The notes: a model not told the origin generated them from the sequence alone. DNA of 64,000 nt from Christensenellaceae bacterium (GCA_045598745.1 JAZLMT010000025.1:2062-66061); one strand, 5' to 3'; shown: positions 18,955 to 28,775, counted from the stretch's first letter. Program-made: numbers and translations.

Positions 18955-20346
18955 ATGATTTATTTAAATGATAAAACGAATTTGCTTGAAGAAGATGATT
19001 ATCACTATACACTTCAAAACGTAGAAGAACCACAACTATATCGTGAAATATTTGATTATGAACACGTTCCGAAAATAGTATTCAATAATCGCCGTGTTCC
19101 TATGAATATGCCGGAAGAAATTTGGATAACGGATACAACTTTCCGTGACGGGCAACAATCAACATCGCCTTTTACCGTTGAACAAATTGTTGAACTCTTT
19201 AAGATGATGTCTAAACTCGGTGGGAAAAAGGGAATTGTCAGACAATCAGAATTTTTCCTTTATTCAGATAAAGATAGGCGTGCCGCACAAGAATGTATGA
19301 ATCTCGGCTTAAAGTTTCCGGAAGTTACAAGTTGGATTAGAGCAAATAAAAACGATTTTCAACTTGTTAAAGAAATGGGAATGCAAGAAACAGGCGTTTT
19401 GGTAAGTTGTTCCGATTATCATATCTTTAAGAAAATGAATTTAAACAGGGCTCAAGCACTTGAAAAATATTTGGGTATTGTTAAAGACGCTTTATCTGCA
19501 GGGATAAAGCCAAGATGCCACTTTGAAGATATAACAAGAGCGGATTTTTACGGTTTTGTAGTCCCGTTTGCAAGTGAACTTATGAAACTTTCAAAGGAAA
19601 GCGGAATTCCTATAAAAGTTAGGGCTTGTGATACTATGGGATTTGGCGTAAACTTTGTCGGTGCATCACTTCCGAGAAGTGTTCCGGGAATAATTTACGG
19701 ATTAAACCATTATGCAGGTGTTCCTAGCGAAATGCTTGAGTGGCACGGTCATAACGACTTTTATAAGGTTGTTTCAAATGCAACTTCTGCTTGGCTTTAC
19801 GGTTGTGCTTCAGTTAACTGTTCACTTTTGGGTATAGGCGAAAGAACCGGAAACTGTCCGCTTGAAGCAATGGCAATAGAATATGCTTCACTTAAAGGCA
19901 CTTCAGACGGTATGGATTATACGGTAATTACTGATATAGCAAACTATTTTGAAAGAGAAATAGGCTACGTTATTCCTTCAAGAACACCGTTTGTCGGTAG
20001 AAGTTTTAACTCAACGAGAGCAGGTATTCATGCAGACGGAATGCTTAAAGACGAAGAAATTTACAATATATTTGATACGGCAAAATTACTTAATAGGCCA
20101 ATGAACGTTTCAATAAATAATACAAGTGGTTTAGCAGGCATTGCTTACTGGATAAATCAATACTATGAACTTTCCGATGAGCATAAGATAGAAAAATCAC
20201 ATCCTATTGTTTCAAAAATTAAAGAACTTATTGATAAAGAATATGAAGACGGTAGATGTAGCGTTATGGGTGATGATGAACTTGACGCAATGTTAATGGC
20301 TTGTGATAAAGATTTTCATAAAAAATTGTTAATATTAGCGGAATAA
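18955..20346 (+). CDS. homocitrate/isopropylmalate synthase-family enzyme with an intact active site, possibly Re-citrate synthase-like
   Basis: DTTFRDGQQS, HGHNDF (HxH) and GIGERTGNCPLE are intact. No LeuA-type C-terminal regulatory domain. Long N-terminal lead-in before the barrel. Confidence 0.6.
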   Translation: MIYLNDKTNLLEEDDYHYTLQNVEEPQLYREIFDYEHVPKIVFNNRRVPMNMPEEIWITDTTFRDGQQSTSPFTVEQIVELFKMMSKLGGKKGIVRQSEFFLYSDKDRRAAQECMNLGLKFPEVTSWIRANKNDFQLVKEMGMQETGVLVSCSDYHIFKKMNLNRAQALEKYLGIVKDALSAGIKPRCHFEDITRADFYGFVVPFASELMKLSKESGIPIKVRACDTMGFGVNFVGASLPRSVPGIIYGLNHYAGVPSEMLEWHGHNDFYKVVSNATSAWLYGCASVNCSLLGIGERTGNCPLEAMAIEYASLKGTSDGMDYTVITDIANYFEREIGYVIPSRTPFVGRSFNSTRAGIHADGMLKDEEIYNIFDTAKLLNRPMNVSINNTSGLAGIAYWINQYYELSDEHKIEKSHPIVSKIKELIDKEYEDGRCSVMGDDELDAMLMACDKDFHKKLLILAE

Positions 20347-20420
20347 TTTTTAAAACCCTATTGTATTTTTTTAAAATATGTTATAAAATATAAGTAGCAA
20401 AGATAGGAGGAACGATTTGC

Positions 20421-20825
20421 ATGAAGATAATTTATGGGCCAAAGGGTTCTGGAAAAACAAAAGCAATCATTGCTGGAGCTAATGAAACTTTAAAAAATGC
20501 TAAAGGTGATATTGTTTACATAACTGATAGCAGTAAAAATTCTATTGAGATTGACCGTAAAATCAGATTTTTAGACGTATCAAAGTTTATGATATGTAAT
20601 AAAGACGGGTTAAGGGGCTTTTTGAAAGGTATTGTTGCTGCAAACGGTGATATTGAATACGTATATTTAGATGGTATTGCCAGAATTGCCAAAGAAGATC
20701 TTAAAGAATTAAAAGATATTTTTGTAGCAATTGAAAACTTGGAAAATGATTTTGGTGTTAATTTTGTTTTAACTGTAAGTTCAGCTAAAGAAGATTTGCC
20801 TGACTTTGTAGTTAAATACGTTTAA
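20421..20825 (+). CDS. small stand-alone P-loop NTPase-like protein (134 aa), function unknown
   Basis: Walker A GPKGSGKT at residues 6-13 and Walker B-like YVYLDG. Own AGGAGG RBS and own terminator. Confidence 0.5.
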   Translation: MKIIYGPKGSGKTKAIIAGANETLKNAKGDIVYITDSSKNSIEIDRKIRFLDVSKFMICNKDGLRGFLKGIVAANGDIEYVYLDGIARIAKEDLKELKDIFVAIENLENDFGVNFVLTVSSAKEDLPDFVVKYV

Positions 20826-20857
20826 TACTTGTTTTTTTAAGTAAAATAGTGTAAAAT

Positions 20858-20889
20858 AAGAGTTGGATATATATCCAACTCTTTTTTTG
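20858..20889 (+). terminator. rho-independent terminator
   Basis: AAGAGTTGGATAT/ATATCCAACTCTT perfect palindrome followed by TTTTT. Confidence 0.6.
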
Positions 20890-20898
20890 GAGAAAATT

Positions 20899-22380
20899 AT
20901 GAAGTTTATTAGCACTAGAGGAAATTGTTCTTTTCAAAACGCTTCAATGGCAATAGTAAAAGGATTGGCTGACGACGGTGGTTTATGTGTTCCTGAAACT
21001 TTTCCATCTCTTAAAGATAATATCGTAGATATGCTTAATATGGATTATGCAGAAAGGGCAGCTTTTGTTTTAAGTAAATTTCTTGAAGAATATGATTATG
21101 ACGGATTACTTAAAGCTTGTAAAAGTGCTTATTCAAAGTTTGACGATAATGATCCTGCACCACTTGTTAAAATAGACGATAAGACTTTTATTATGGAATT
21201 ATTTCACGGGCCAACACTCGCTTTTAAAGACGTGGCTTTAACAATACTTCCGTATTTGCTTACCGAAGGTGCAAAACATATAGGCATTAAAGAAGAAATT
21301 CTTATTTTGGTTGCTACAAGCGGTGATACGGGTAAGGCAGCGCTTGAAGGATTCAAAGATCAAAAATGTATAAAAATAAACGTTTTTTTCCCGAGTGAAG
21401 GCGTTTCCGATATGCAAAAGATGCAAATGTGCACTCAAGAAGGTGAAAACGTTAACGTTGTTGCTGTTAACGGTAATTTTGACGATTGTCAAACTGCAGT
21501 AAAAAAGATTTTCGGAAGCAGTGATTATAGTAAACAATTAAAAGAAAAAAATATTATTTTATCAAGTGCAAATTCTATCAATTTCGGAAGGTTGGCACCG
21601 CAGATAGTATATTATTTTTCCGCTTATTGTGATTTAGTTAATAATGAAACCGTAAAGATGGGCGATAAGATTGATTTTGTTGTTCCAACAGGTAATTTCG
21701 GCAATATTTTAGCGGGATATTATGCAAAACAAATGGGTTTACCTATAAATAAACTTATTTGTGCATCAAATTCAAATAACGTTTTAACGGAGTTTATTTC
21801 TTGCGGTAATTACGATGCTAATCGTGAATTTTTAAAAACCATGTCTCCGTCAATGGATATTTTAATTTCTTCTAATCTTGAAAGGCTTGTTTTTGAACTT
21901 TCAAATAGAGATGCGAATCTCACCAAAAAGAGAATGGAAGAACTTAAAAAGACGGGTAATTATCAAATAACCGAAAATGAGCTTAAAAAGATGCAAAAAG
22001 ATTTTTCTGCGGATTATTCGGAAGAAGAAGATTGTTTATATACAATTTATAATATATTTGATGAATATGGCTACGTTTTAGATCCGCATACGTCTGTTGC
22101 TATGAATGCTGCACTGTATTATAAACAACAAAACGGCGATAAAAACAATATGGTTATTTTGTCAACTGCAAGCCCGTATAAGTTTACGCAATCAGTTTTG
22201 AAGGCTTTGACTGAAAAGACGGAAAAAGATGCGTTTAAGGCTTCAAATAAACTATATAACGAAACGGCGATGGAAATTCCAAAGCAAATTTCGGAATTAA
22301 AGAATAAAGAAATAAGATTTACTAAAGTTGTAGATAAAGATAAAACTTTTGAAGCAGTTTTAGATTACATAAATAAATAG
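20899..22380 (+). CDS. thrC: threonine synthase (long form)
   Basis: MKFISTRG...GLADDGGLCVPE, and PTLAFKD (PLP lysine). Start moved to ATG 20899 because the track extension overlaps the upstream terminator. Confidence 0.85.
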   Translation: MKFISTRGNCSFQNASMAIVKGLADDGGLCVPETFPSLKDNIVDMLNMDYAERAAFVLSKFLEEYDYDGLLKACKSAYSKFDDNDPAPLVKIDDKTFIMELFHGPTLAFKDVALTILPYLLTEGAKHIGIKEEILILVATSGDTGKAALEGFKDQKCIKINVFFPSEGVSDMQKMQMCTQEGENVNVVAVNGNFDDCQTAVKKIFGSSDYSKQLKEKNIILSSANSINFGRLAPQIVYYFSAYCDLVNNETVKMGDKIDFVVPTGNFGNILAGYYAKQMGLPINKLICASNSNNVLTEFISCGNYDANREFLKTMSPSMDILISSNLERLVFELSNRDANLTKKRMEELKKTGNYQITENELKKMQKDFSADYSEEEDCLYTIYNIFDEYGYVLDPHTSVAMNAALYYKQQNGDKNNMVILSTASPYKFTQSVLKALTEKTEKDAFKASNKLYNETAMEIPKQISELKNKEIRFTKVVDKDKTFEAVLDYINK

Positions 22381-22393
22381 TGGGTAAAATAAA

Positions 22394-23395
22394 ATGGAAG
22401 AGAAGAAAAGGCTTTTTTCGGCAATACAACCGAGTGGAATATTGACTATAGGCAATTATTTGGGTGCTTTAAGGCATTTTAAAAATTTGCAAGACGATTA
22501 TAACGGAATTTTTGCTTTAGCAGATTTGCATACGTTAACGGTAAAACAAGATCCGGCAACATTAAGAAAAAATTCCTATGAACTTGCCGCATTATTCCTT
22601 GCTTGTGGTCTTGATCCGGAAAAATCAATTATTTTTGCACAATCTCACGTTTCGGCACATGCAGAACTGACTTGGATACTTAATACGATAACTTATCCGG
22701 GTGAACTTTCAAGAATGACACAGTTTAAGGATAAAAGCCAAAAGCACGAAGATAATATCAATATGGGTTTAATGGATTATCCTGTTTTAATGGCTGCCGA
22801 TATTTTATTGTATCAAGCCGATTTGGTTCCTATCGGGGCAGATCAAAAGCAACACTTAGAACTTGCAAGGGATATTGCAATAAGGTTTAACAATAGATAC
22901 AGTGATACTTTTGTTGTTCCTGAAGGATATTTCGGGAAAACTTGCACGAGAGTTATGAGTTTGGCTGAACCTGACAGAAAAATGAGTAAATCCGATGCAA
23001 ATTTAAATGGATTTATTTCAATGGATGATGACTACGATACTATTATAAAGAAATTCAAAAGGGCAGTTACCGATAGTGATAATAAGATTATTGCTTCGCC
23101 TGAAAAACCTGGTATAACAAATCTTTTATCAATTTATTCTACTATAACTAATAAAACGGTGGAAGATGCTGAAAAAGAATTCGTTAATTGCGGTTACGGT
23201 GACTTTAAAATCAAAGTCGGTGAAGCAGTTGCCGACGTTATTGATCCTATCAGAAAGGAAAAGAACAGAATTTTAGAAGATAAAGACTATATTGATACCG
23301 TTTTAAGTAATGGCGCGGAAAAGGCTGAAAGAATCGCTTATAAAACGCTTAATAAAGTTTATAAGAAAGTAGGCCTCGTTTTAAGGAAAAGATAA
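22394..23395 (+). CDS. trpS: tryptophanyl-tRNA synthetase
   Basis: Class I signatures: QPSGILTIGNYLG (HIGH region), GADQKQH and KMSKS. Confidence 0.95.
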   Translation: MEEKKRLFSAIQPSGILTIGNYLGALRHFKNLQDDYNGIFALADLHTLTVKQDPATLRKNSYELAALFLACGLDPEKSIIFAQSHVSAHAELTWILNTITYPGELSRMTQFKDKSQKHEDNINMGLMDYPVLMAADILLYQADLVPIGADQKQHLELARDIAIRFNNRYSDTFVVPEGYFGKTCTRVMSLAEPDRKMSKSDANLNGFISMDDDYDTIIKKFKRAVTDSDNKIIASPEKPGITNLLSIYSTITNKTVEDAEKEFVNCGYGDFKIKVGEAVADVIDPIRKEKNRILEDKDYIDTVLSNGAEKAERIAYKTLNKVYKKVGLVLRKR

Positions 23396-24234
23396 TGTTT
23401 GGATACGTTAAAACAGATAATCCAAATATGTATGTTAAAGATACAGTGCTATATAAGGCAATGTATTGTGGCTTATGTAAGTCAATAAGTGCTACTTGTG
23501 GTGAGAGAGCAAGGCTTTGCTTAAACTACGATTTAACGTTTCTTTCGGTTTTTTGCCATAATCTATTAAATATAGACGTAAATATAACTAAACAGCATTG
23601 TTGTATTCATTGGCTAAAGAAAAGAGATATTGCAAATGTTGACGATTTATCTAAAAGGGTTGCTTGCTTAAACGTGATTTTAGCTTATCATAAACTTAAT
23701 GATGATGGTATTGATGAAAATAGGGGTGGGCTAAAAAGAAGTTTTTTCAAAAAAGGTTATAAAAAAGCAAAAAAGTTAGAACCTGAATTTGATAGAGTAG
23801 TTTCAAAATATTATAACGAATTATTGAAACTGGAAAAAGAAAAGTGTGTAAGTTTTGATATTGTTGCCGATCCGTTTGGGAATATGATGAAAGAAATTGT
23901 TTCCATTATATTTAACGGAAAAACAACGGAAGATATTGATACGATTTCTTATTCTTTAGGAAAATGGATATATTTAATTGATGCTATTGACGATTATGAT
24001 AAGGATATATTGAATAAATCTTATAACGTTTTTGTTTTAAATGGTCAAAGTTTATCAAAAAAAGAATATATATCAAAAAACATTAGTGAATTACAAGTGA
24101 TTTTCGGTGCTATTTTGTCAGACATAAATGGTGCTTGTGATAAATTAAAGTTTAATTTTAATCATGATTTAATAGATAATATACTAAAAAACGGTATATT
24201 TAAGCAAACAAAAAAAATATTGGGAGAAAATTAA
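23395..24234 (+). CDS. conserved hypothetical protein, DUF5685-like (Cys-rich N-terminus)
   Basis: MFGYVKTDNPNMYVKD...YKAMYCGLCKSI resembles the N-terminus I associate with DUF5685. Start overlaps the trpS stop (TAATG). Confidence 0.5.
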   Translation: MFGYVKTDNPNMYVKDTVLYKAMYCGLCKSISATCGERARLCLNYDLTFLSVFCHNLLNIDVNITKQHCCIHWLKKRDIANVDDLSKRVACLNVILAYHKLNDDGIDENRGGLKRSFFKKGYKKAKKLEPEFDRVVSKYYNELLKLEKEKCVSFDIVADPFGNMMKEIVSIIFNGKTTEDIDTISYSLGKWIYLIDAIDDYDKDILNKSYNVFVLNGQSLSKKEYISKNISELQVIFGAILSDINGACDKLKFNFNHDLIDNILKNGIFKQTKKILGEN

Positions 24235-24839
24235 TGAAAGAGAATTTTGAAGCTTTAGGTTTAGATGAAACAGCAACTAAAGAAGATGTTGAAAAGGCAT
24301 ATTTAAAGTTAAAAACCAAATATTCAAGGGATAGGTTTTTAGAAGGCGAAGAAGGAAATCTTGCCGCAAAAAATTTAACGAAAGTAGAAAATGCTTATGC
24401 TGAATTAAAAGAATATTTTTCCGAACAAGTATCGGAAGACACTTTTGAAAGCGCAAGTTTTATTGACGTTGAAAATAAGATTAAAGAGGGTGATTTAGGC
24501 ACTGCACAAACTCTTCTTGATTCTATTCAAGATAGGAACGCAGAGTGGCACTATCTTCAATCCGTAGTATTTTATAAAAAGAATTGGGTTAACGAAAGTA
24601 AAAAACAACTTGAAATAGCGTTAAGTTTAGATCCTAATAATCCAAAATATAATGATTCTTATGAAAAACTTCGTAGAAAAGTAGAAACAAATAATGCACG
24701 TTTTTCAAATAACGGGGCATATAACGGCAACTATAACAATAGCAATAATAGACAAATGGGTGGAACGGATATGGGCGATTGTTGTGATTGTTGTGCTATG
24801 TGGTGCTGTATGAATTCGTTATGTGGTGGTTGTAGATAA
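24234..24839 (+). CDS. J-domain-like protein lacking HPD, with a TPR-like middle region and a C-terminal cysteine string
   Basis: ALGLDETATKEDVEKAYLKLKTKYSRDRF aligns to J-domain helices I-II, but HPD is SRD. N/G/Y-rich linker. Tail is GDCCDCCAMWCCMNSLCGGCR. Confidence 0.6.
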   Translation: MKENFEALGLDETATKEDVEKAYLKLKTKYSRDRFLEGEEGNLAAKNLTKVENAYAELKEYFSEQVSEDTFESASFIDVENKIKEGDLGTAQTLLDSIQDRNAEWHYLQSVVFYKKNWVNESKKQLEIALSLDPNNPKYNDSYEKLRRKVETNNARFSNNGAYNGNYNNSNNRQMGGTDMGDCCDCCAMWCCMNSLCGGCR

Positions 24840-25372
24840 TGAAAAGCAAATTTATTGCAATTTCTGCAATTTCTGCAAGTTTTGTTGCAATAGTGTTAAT
24901 TATTGGCGCATATATATCCTTTTTTGATGTTTATGCGCTTTTATTATCTTCGGTATTTGTTATTTTACCGCTTTATTTTAATACATATAAAGGTTGCTTT
25001 TTGTGCTATCTTGTAGGTGGCGTTGTTGCACTTCTTTGTGGTTTGGGTAATATAACTTCAATAGTTTATCCGGGATATTTTGCATTTTTCGGGCTGTATC
25101 CGATAGTAAAGTTTATTGCTTCAAATAAAAAATTTAATAAAATTGTTTTTATGTTTTTGGGGCTACTTTGGTGTGTTGCATGTGCATACGGATTGTTTTT
25201 TTATTATACTGAATTTTTAGGCTTGGAATTAAATGATTTTCCGGAATTTATTTCTAACAATATTTTGTATTTTGTTGGGGCTTTTGCTATAGTTTTTTAT
25301 TTTTTATATGATAAAACGATATATTTTGTTAAAATTATAGAAGATAGGTATCTACAAAGGATTATACGTTGA
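24839..25372 (+). CDS. polytopic membrane protein (about 5 TM), function unknown
   Basis: Hydrophobic segments throughout. Translationally coupled on both sides (TAATG, TGATGG). Confidence 0.5.
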   Translation: MKSKFIAISAISASFVAIVLIIGAYISFFDVYALLLSSVFVILPLYFNTYKGCFLCYLVGGVVALLCGLGNITSIVYPGYFAFFGLYPIVKFIASNKKFNKIVFMFLGLLWCVACAYGLFFYYTEFLGLELNDFPEFISNNILYFVGAFAIVFYFLYDKTIYFVKIIEDRYLQRIIR

Positions 25373-26781
25373 TGGTAGAAAAAAACGGCGAATATATAGG
25401 GAAAGTTGTTAATATCGGTTCAAACGGTGAAGGTATCGTAAATTATAACGGCGATACTGTTTTTGCGCCGTATTGCTTGCCTTGTGAAGAAATTAAATTT
25501 AAGGTTCTAAAGGTATCGTCAAAAGCAATTTTCGGAAAGGTTGTTGATATTATTAAACCGTCGCCATACAGAATAGAGCCAAAATGCAAATTCTTTTATA
25601 AATGCGGTGGTTGTCAACTTCAACACATAGAATACCAAAAGCAACTTGAATTTAAAAAAGATAATATTAAAAATTGTTTTAAAAAAATTGCTAATCTTGA
25701 TGTTGACGTTTTTGATGCCGTTTTCGGTAGTAAAACATTTTACTACCGAAATAAACTTCAACTTCCCGTTCAATTTGACGGTGAAAAGAATATCATAGGT
25801 TTTTATTCTGAAAACAGCCATAGAGTTATAGATATTGACGATTGTATAATCAACCCGAATTGGACGAAAAAGATTATTTCAATTTTTAGAGTATTTTTGG
25901 ATAAATATAATCTAAAGGGATTAAATCAAAGTGATTTTTCAGGCGATATAAGGGAAATAACGGTTAAAGAAATTGGTAAAAACTTAATTATAACGGTTGT
26001 TGGATTAAAAAAACAATTAAAAAACAAAGAACAACTTATTGACCTTTTGAAGAAAAATTTTTGTGATAATTTTTCTCTTTTTTATAACTTCAATAATTCA
26101 ACTTCTAACGTTATTTTCAGTGACGATTTTAGTCTTTTATACGGTAAAGAAAATTATTTATCAAATATGAACGGAATAGAATACGGAACAGGCGTAAGAA
26201 GTTTTTCACAAGTTAATACGGGAGTTTGTTCGCTTCTATATGATAGAGTTGTTAAAGAACTTCAATGCGATGGGAATACTACTGTTTTTGATGCTTATAG
26301 CGGTGCAGGGCTTATGACGGCATTGATTGCAAAATCAGCAAAAAAAGTTGTAGGTATTGAAATTGTTCCCGAAGCCGTTAAAATAGCAAATCAACTTATG
26401 ATTGATAACAATTTATCAGATAAAATTAAAAATTATTGTGGTAAATGTGAAGAATTGCTTCCGGATTTAATAAAAAAAGAAAGGGAAGTTTCTTCAAAAA
26501 TTTCAGTTGTTTTGGATCCGCCGAGAAAGGGCTGTGATCAAAAGGTTTTAGAAGCCATAATAAAAAGTGATATTGACAGAATTGTTTACGTTTCTTGTAT
26601 GCCACAATCTTTATCAAGAGACGTTGGAATTTTAATAGGTTCACTTGAAGTTAAAAATGGTGAAGTTATTAGAGCGAAAGAGTATAAAGCAAGATATAAT
26701 ATAGAAAAAGTTATTCCTTTTGAAATGTTTCCGAACACGAAACATATTGAAACGTTATGTGTTTTAGATAAGTGTAGATAA
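25369..26781 (+). CDS. rlmD: 23S rRNA (uracil-C5) methyltransferase, RumA/RlmD type with TRAM domain and Fe-S cluster
   Basis: N-terminal TRAM-like beta region, Cys cluster CKFFYKCGGCQLQH, SAM motif DAYSGAGL, DPPRKG, and VYVSC catalytic Cys. Confidence 0.8.
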   Translation: MMVEKNGEYIGKVVNIGSNGEGIVNYNGDTVFAPYCLPCEEIKFKVLKVSSKAIFGKVVDIIKPSPYRIEPKCKFFYKCGGCQLQHIEYQKQLEFKKDNIKNCFKKIANLDVDVFDAVFGSKTFYYRNKLQLPVQFDGEKNIIGFYSENSHRVIDIDDCIINPNWTKKIISIFRVFLDKYNLKGLNQSDFSGDIREITVKEIGKNLIITVVGLKKQLKNKEQLIDLLKKNFCDNFSLFYNFNNSTSNVIFSDDFSLLYGKENYLSNMNGIEYGTGVRSFSQVNTGVCSLLYDRVVKELQCDGNTTVFDAYSGAGLMTALIAKSAKKVVGIEIVPEAVKIANQLMIDNNLSDKIKNYCGKCEELLPDLIKKEREVSSKISVVLDPPRKGCDQKVLEAIIKSDIDRIVYVSCMPQSLSRDVGILIGSLEVKNGEVIRAKEYKARYNIEKVIPFEMFPNTKHIETLCVLDKCR

Positions 26782-26823
26782 AAAAGTTAAAAAAGTAACA
26801 AAAAATATAAATTTAAAATAGTA

Positions 26824-26852
26824 TTGAATTTATTTTTTTATTGTGATATAAT
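26824..26852 (+). promoter_or_regulatory. sigma-A promoter with extended -10
   Basis: TTGAAT (26824-26829), 17-nt spacer, TGaTATAAT (TATAAT at 26847-26852). Confidence 0.45.
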
Positions 26853-26880
26853 TAAAAAAAAAATAAAAAAATGGTGCAAG

Positions 26881-27990
26881 ATGAATTTTTATAATTTTGA
26901 AAAGATTTTTTCTAAATTTGATATAGATGCAAGATTTTTTGGCGCAAAGCCGTTTGGAATGGGGCATATAAACGAAACTTTTTTGATTACGTGTATTGAT
27001 AAAGATAATAAAGAGTTAAAGATAATTCTTCAAAAAATCAATTCAAAACTATTTGACGTTGAAAAGTTAATGAGCAATATTGGTTTGGTTAGCGACTATA
27101 TTGTGCAAAAATTGGTTTTAGAGAATAAGGATCCGAATAGATATACTTTGAGATTATTTTTCACGAAAGATAAAAAGCCTTATTATTATGATAGTGATTC
27201 AAGGGGATATTTTAGAGCGTTTAATTATATAGAGAATTCTACTGCCTATGAAATTATTGATTCACCTTTGGTTTTTAATCAAGCGGGCCATGCATTTGGT
27301 GACTTTGCAAAAACCTTATCTGGTTTTGATGCCGAAAAGTTATATGAAATTCTTCCGAATTTTCATAATACTAAAAAAAGATATAAAAATTTTGAAAATT
27401 CACTAAATTCAGATAGATTCAACAGAGCAAAAGAAGTTTTTGATGAGATAAACTTCGTTGCTGAAAGAAAAAAATATTGTTCTAGGATCGTTAAACTTTT
27501 AGATGAACATAAAATGCCTTTAAGAGTTACGCATAACGATACTAAACTTAACAACATTTTGTTTGATAAGGATAGTGGTGAATATTTAACGGTAATTGAC
27601 TTTGATACGATAATGTCGGGTTCTATTTGTTATGATTTCGGTGATGCAATAAGATCAGGTTGTAATACAAGTTACGAAGATGAACAAGATTTATCAAAAG
27701 TTCATTTTGATATGAAGTTGTTTGAAGAATTTACAAAAGGTTATTTGTCATCACTTGGCGATTCTTTAACGGAAATTGAAAAAGATAATTTGGCATTTAG
27801 TGCGATTTTGATGACTTATGAATGCGGAATGCGTTTTTTGACAGACTATTTGGAAGGTGATTCTTATTTTAGGACTACAAGAGATAAACAAAACCTTGAT
27901 AGAGCGAGAACGCAATTTAAATTGATAACCGAGATGGAACAAAATTACGACAAAATGTGTAAAATCGTTAATAAATATTTTAAGAAATAA
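26881..27990 (+). CDS. APH-family phosphotransferase, N-acetylhexosamine-1-kinase-like
   Basis: Catalytic loop VTHNDTKLNNILFD and IDFDT (DxD) of the aminoglycoside/choline-kinase fold. ATG 26881 chosen because the track extension covers the promoter. Confidence 0.6.
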   Translation: MNFYNFEKIFSKFDIDARFFGAKPFGMGHINETFLITCIDKDNKELKIILQKINSKLFDVEKLMSNIGLVSDYIVQKLVLENKDPNRYTLRLFFTKDKKPYYYDSDSRGYFRAFNYIENSTAYEIIDSPLVFNQAGHAFGDFAKTLSGFDAEKLYEILPNFHNTKKRYKNFENSLNSDRFNRAKEVFDEINFVAERKKYCSRIVKLLDEHKMPLRVTHNDTKLNNILFDKDSGEYLTVIDFDTIMSGSICYDFGDAIRSGCNTSYEDEQDLSKVHFDMKLFEEFTKGYLSSLGDSLTEIEKDNLAFSAILMTYECGMRFLTDYLEGDSYFRTTRDKQNLDRARTQFKLITEMEQNYDKMCKIVNKYFKK

Positions 27991-27995
27991 TTAAA

Positions 27996-28030
27996 AGGTC
28001 ACAACTTAAGGTTGTGGCTTTTTTTTATAA
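27996..28030 (+). terminator. rho-independent terminator
   Basis: GTCACAAC-TTAAG-GTTGTGGC followed by TTTTTTTT. Confidence 0.6.
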
Positions 28031-28103
28031 ATTTTAACAAAAAAATAAAGAAAATATTATAGACTATTTTTCTTTTTAATGTTACAATATTATAGGTATA
28101 TTT

Positions 28104-28775
28104 ATGAGGATGAGAAGGAAAAAACATTTAGAAGAAAGAATAAATAATATAAAAGATTTTCTAATTGTTGCCGAAAGGGATATTTCTAACGTTAACGAAG
28201 CAATTTTGGATAAAAAGATTGTTAATTTTAATAGTGTGTTTGCAAATTCAAATCCTGTTGAATTGGAAATCGGATGTGGTAAGGGTGGATTTATCACAAA
28301 ACTTTCCGAAAAATATCCAAAAAAGAATTATATTGCTGTTGAAATGATGGAAAATATCGTTTTATTAGCGTGTGAAAATGCTAAAAAACTTGATATAAAG
28401 AACGTTAAATTTATGAATACCGGGGCAGAATATCTTCCTAGATATTTAGAAGAAAAATCAATAGAAAATATATACTTGAATTTTTCACCGCCTTATCCGA
28501 ATAAACCATACGAAAACAGAAGACTTACAAACGATAGATTTATTGGTATTTATAAATATTTATTAAAGGAAAGCGGTAACGTTTATCAAAAAACCGACGA
28601 TAAAGATTTTTTTGAATATTCAAAGCAAAAGTTTATAGACAACGGATTTATTGTGGAAGATATTTCAAAAAAACTGCAAAATAGCGAAATAGATAATATT
28701 AGAACGGAATACGAACAAAAATTTTTAGATTTAGGGCTACCGATTTACGGATTGATAGCAAAAAAAGGAAAGTAA
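28104..28775 (+). CDS. trmB: tRNA (guanine46-N7) methyltransferase
   Basis: ELEIGCGKGGF SAM motif and NFSPPYP. Size is typical of Firmicute TrmB. Confidence 0.85.
   Translation: MRMRRKKHLEERINNIKDFLIVAERDISNVNEAILDKKIVNFNSVFANSNPVELEIGCGKGGFITKLSEKYPKKNYIAVEMMENIVLLACENAKKLDIKNVKFMNTGAEYLPRYLEEKSIENIYLNFSPPYPNKPYENRRLTNDRFIGIYKYLLKESGNVYQKTDDKDFFEYSKQKFIDNGFIVEDISKKLQNSEIDNIRTEYEQKFLDLGLPIYGLIAKKGK

Noticed and set aside
26824-26880. Track extension of the APH-family kinase (MNLFFYCDIIKKKIKKWCK).
   Set aside because: It begins at a TTG inside the -35 element of a good promoter, so it is probably untranslated leader.
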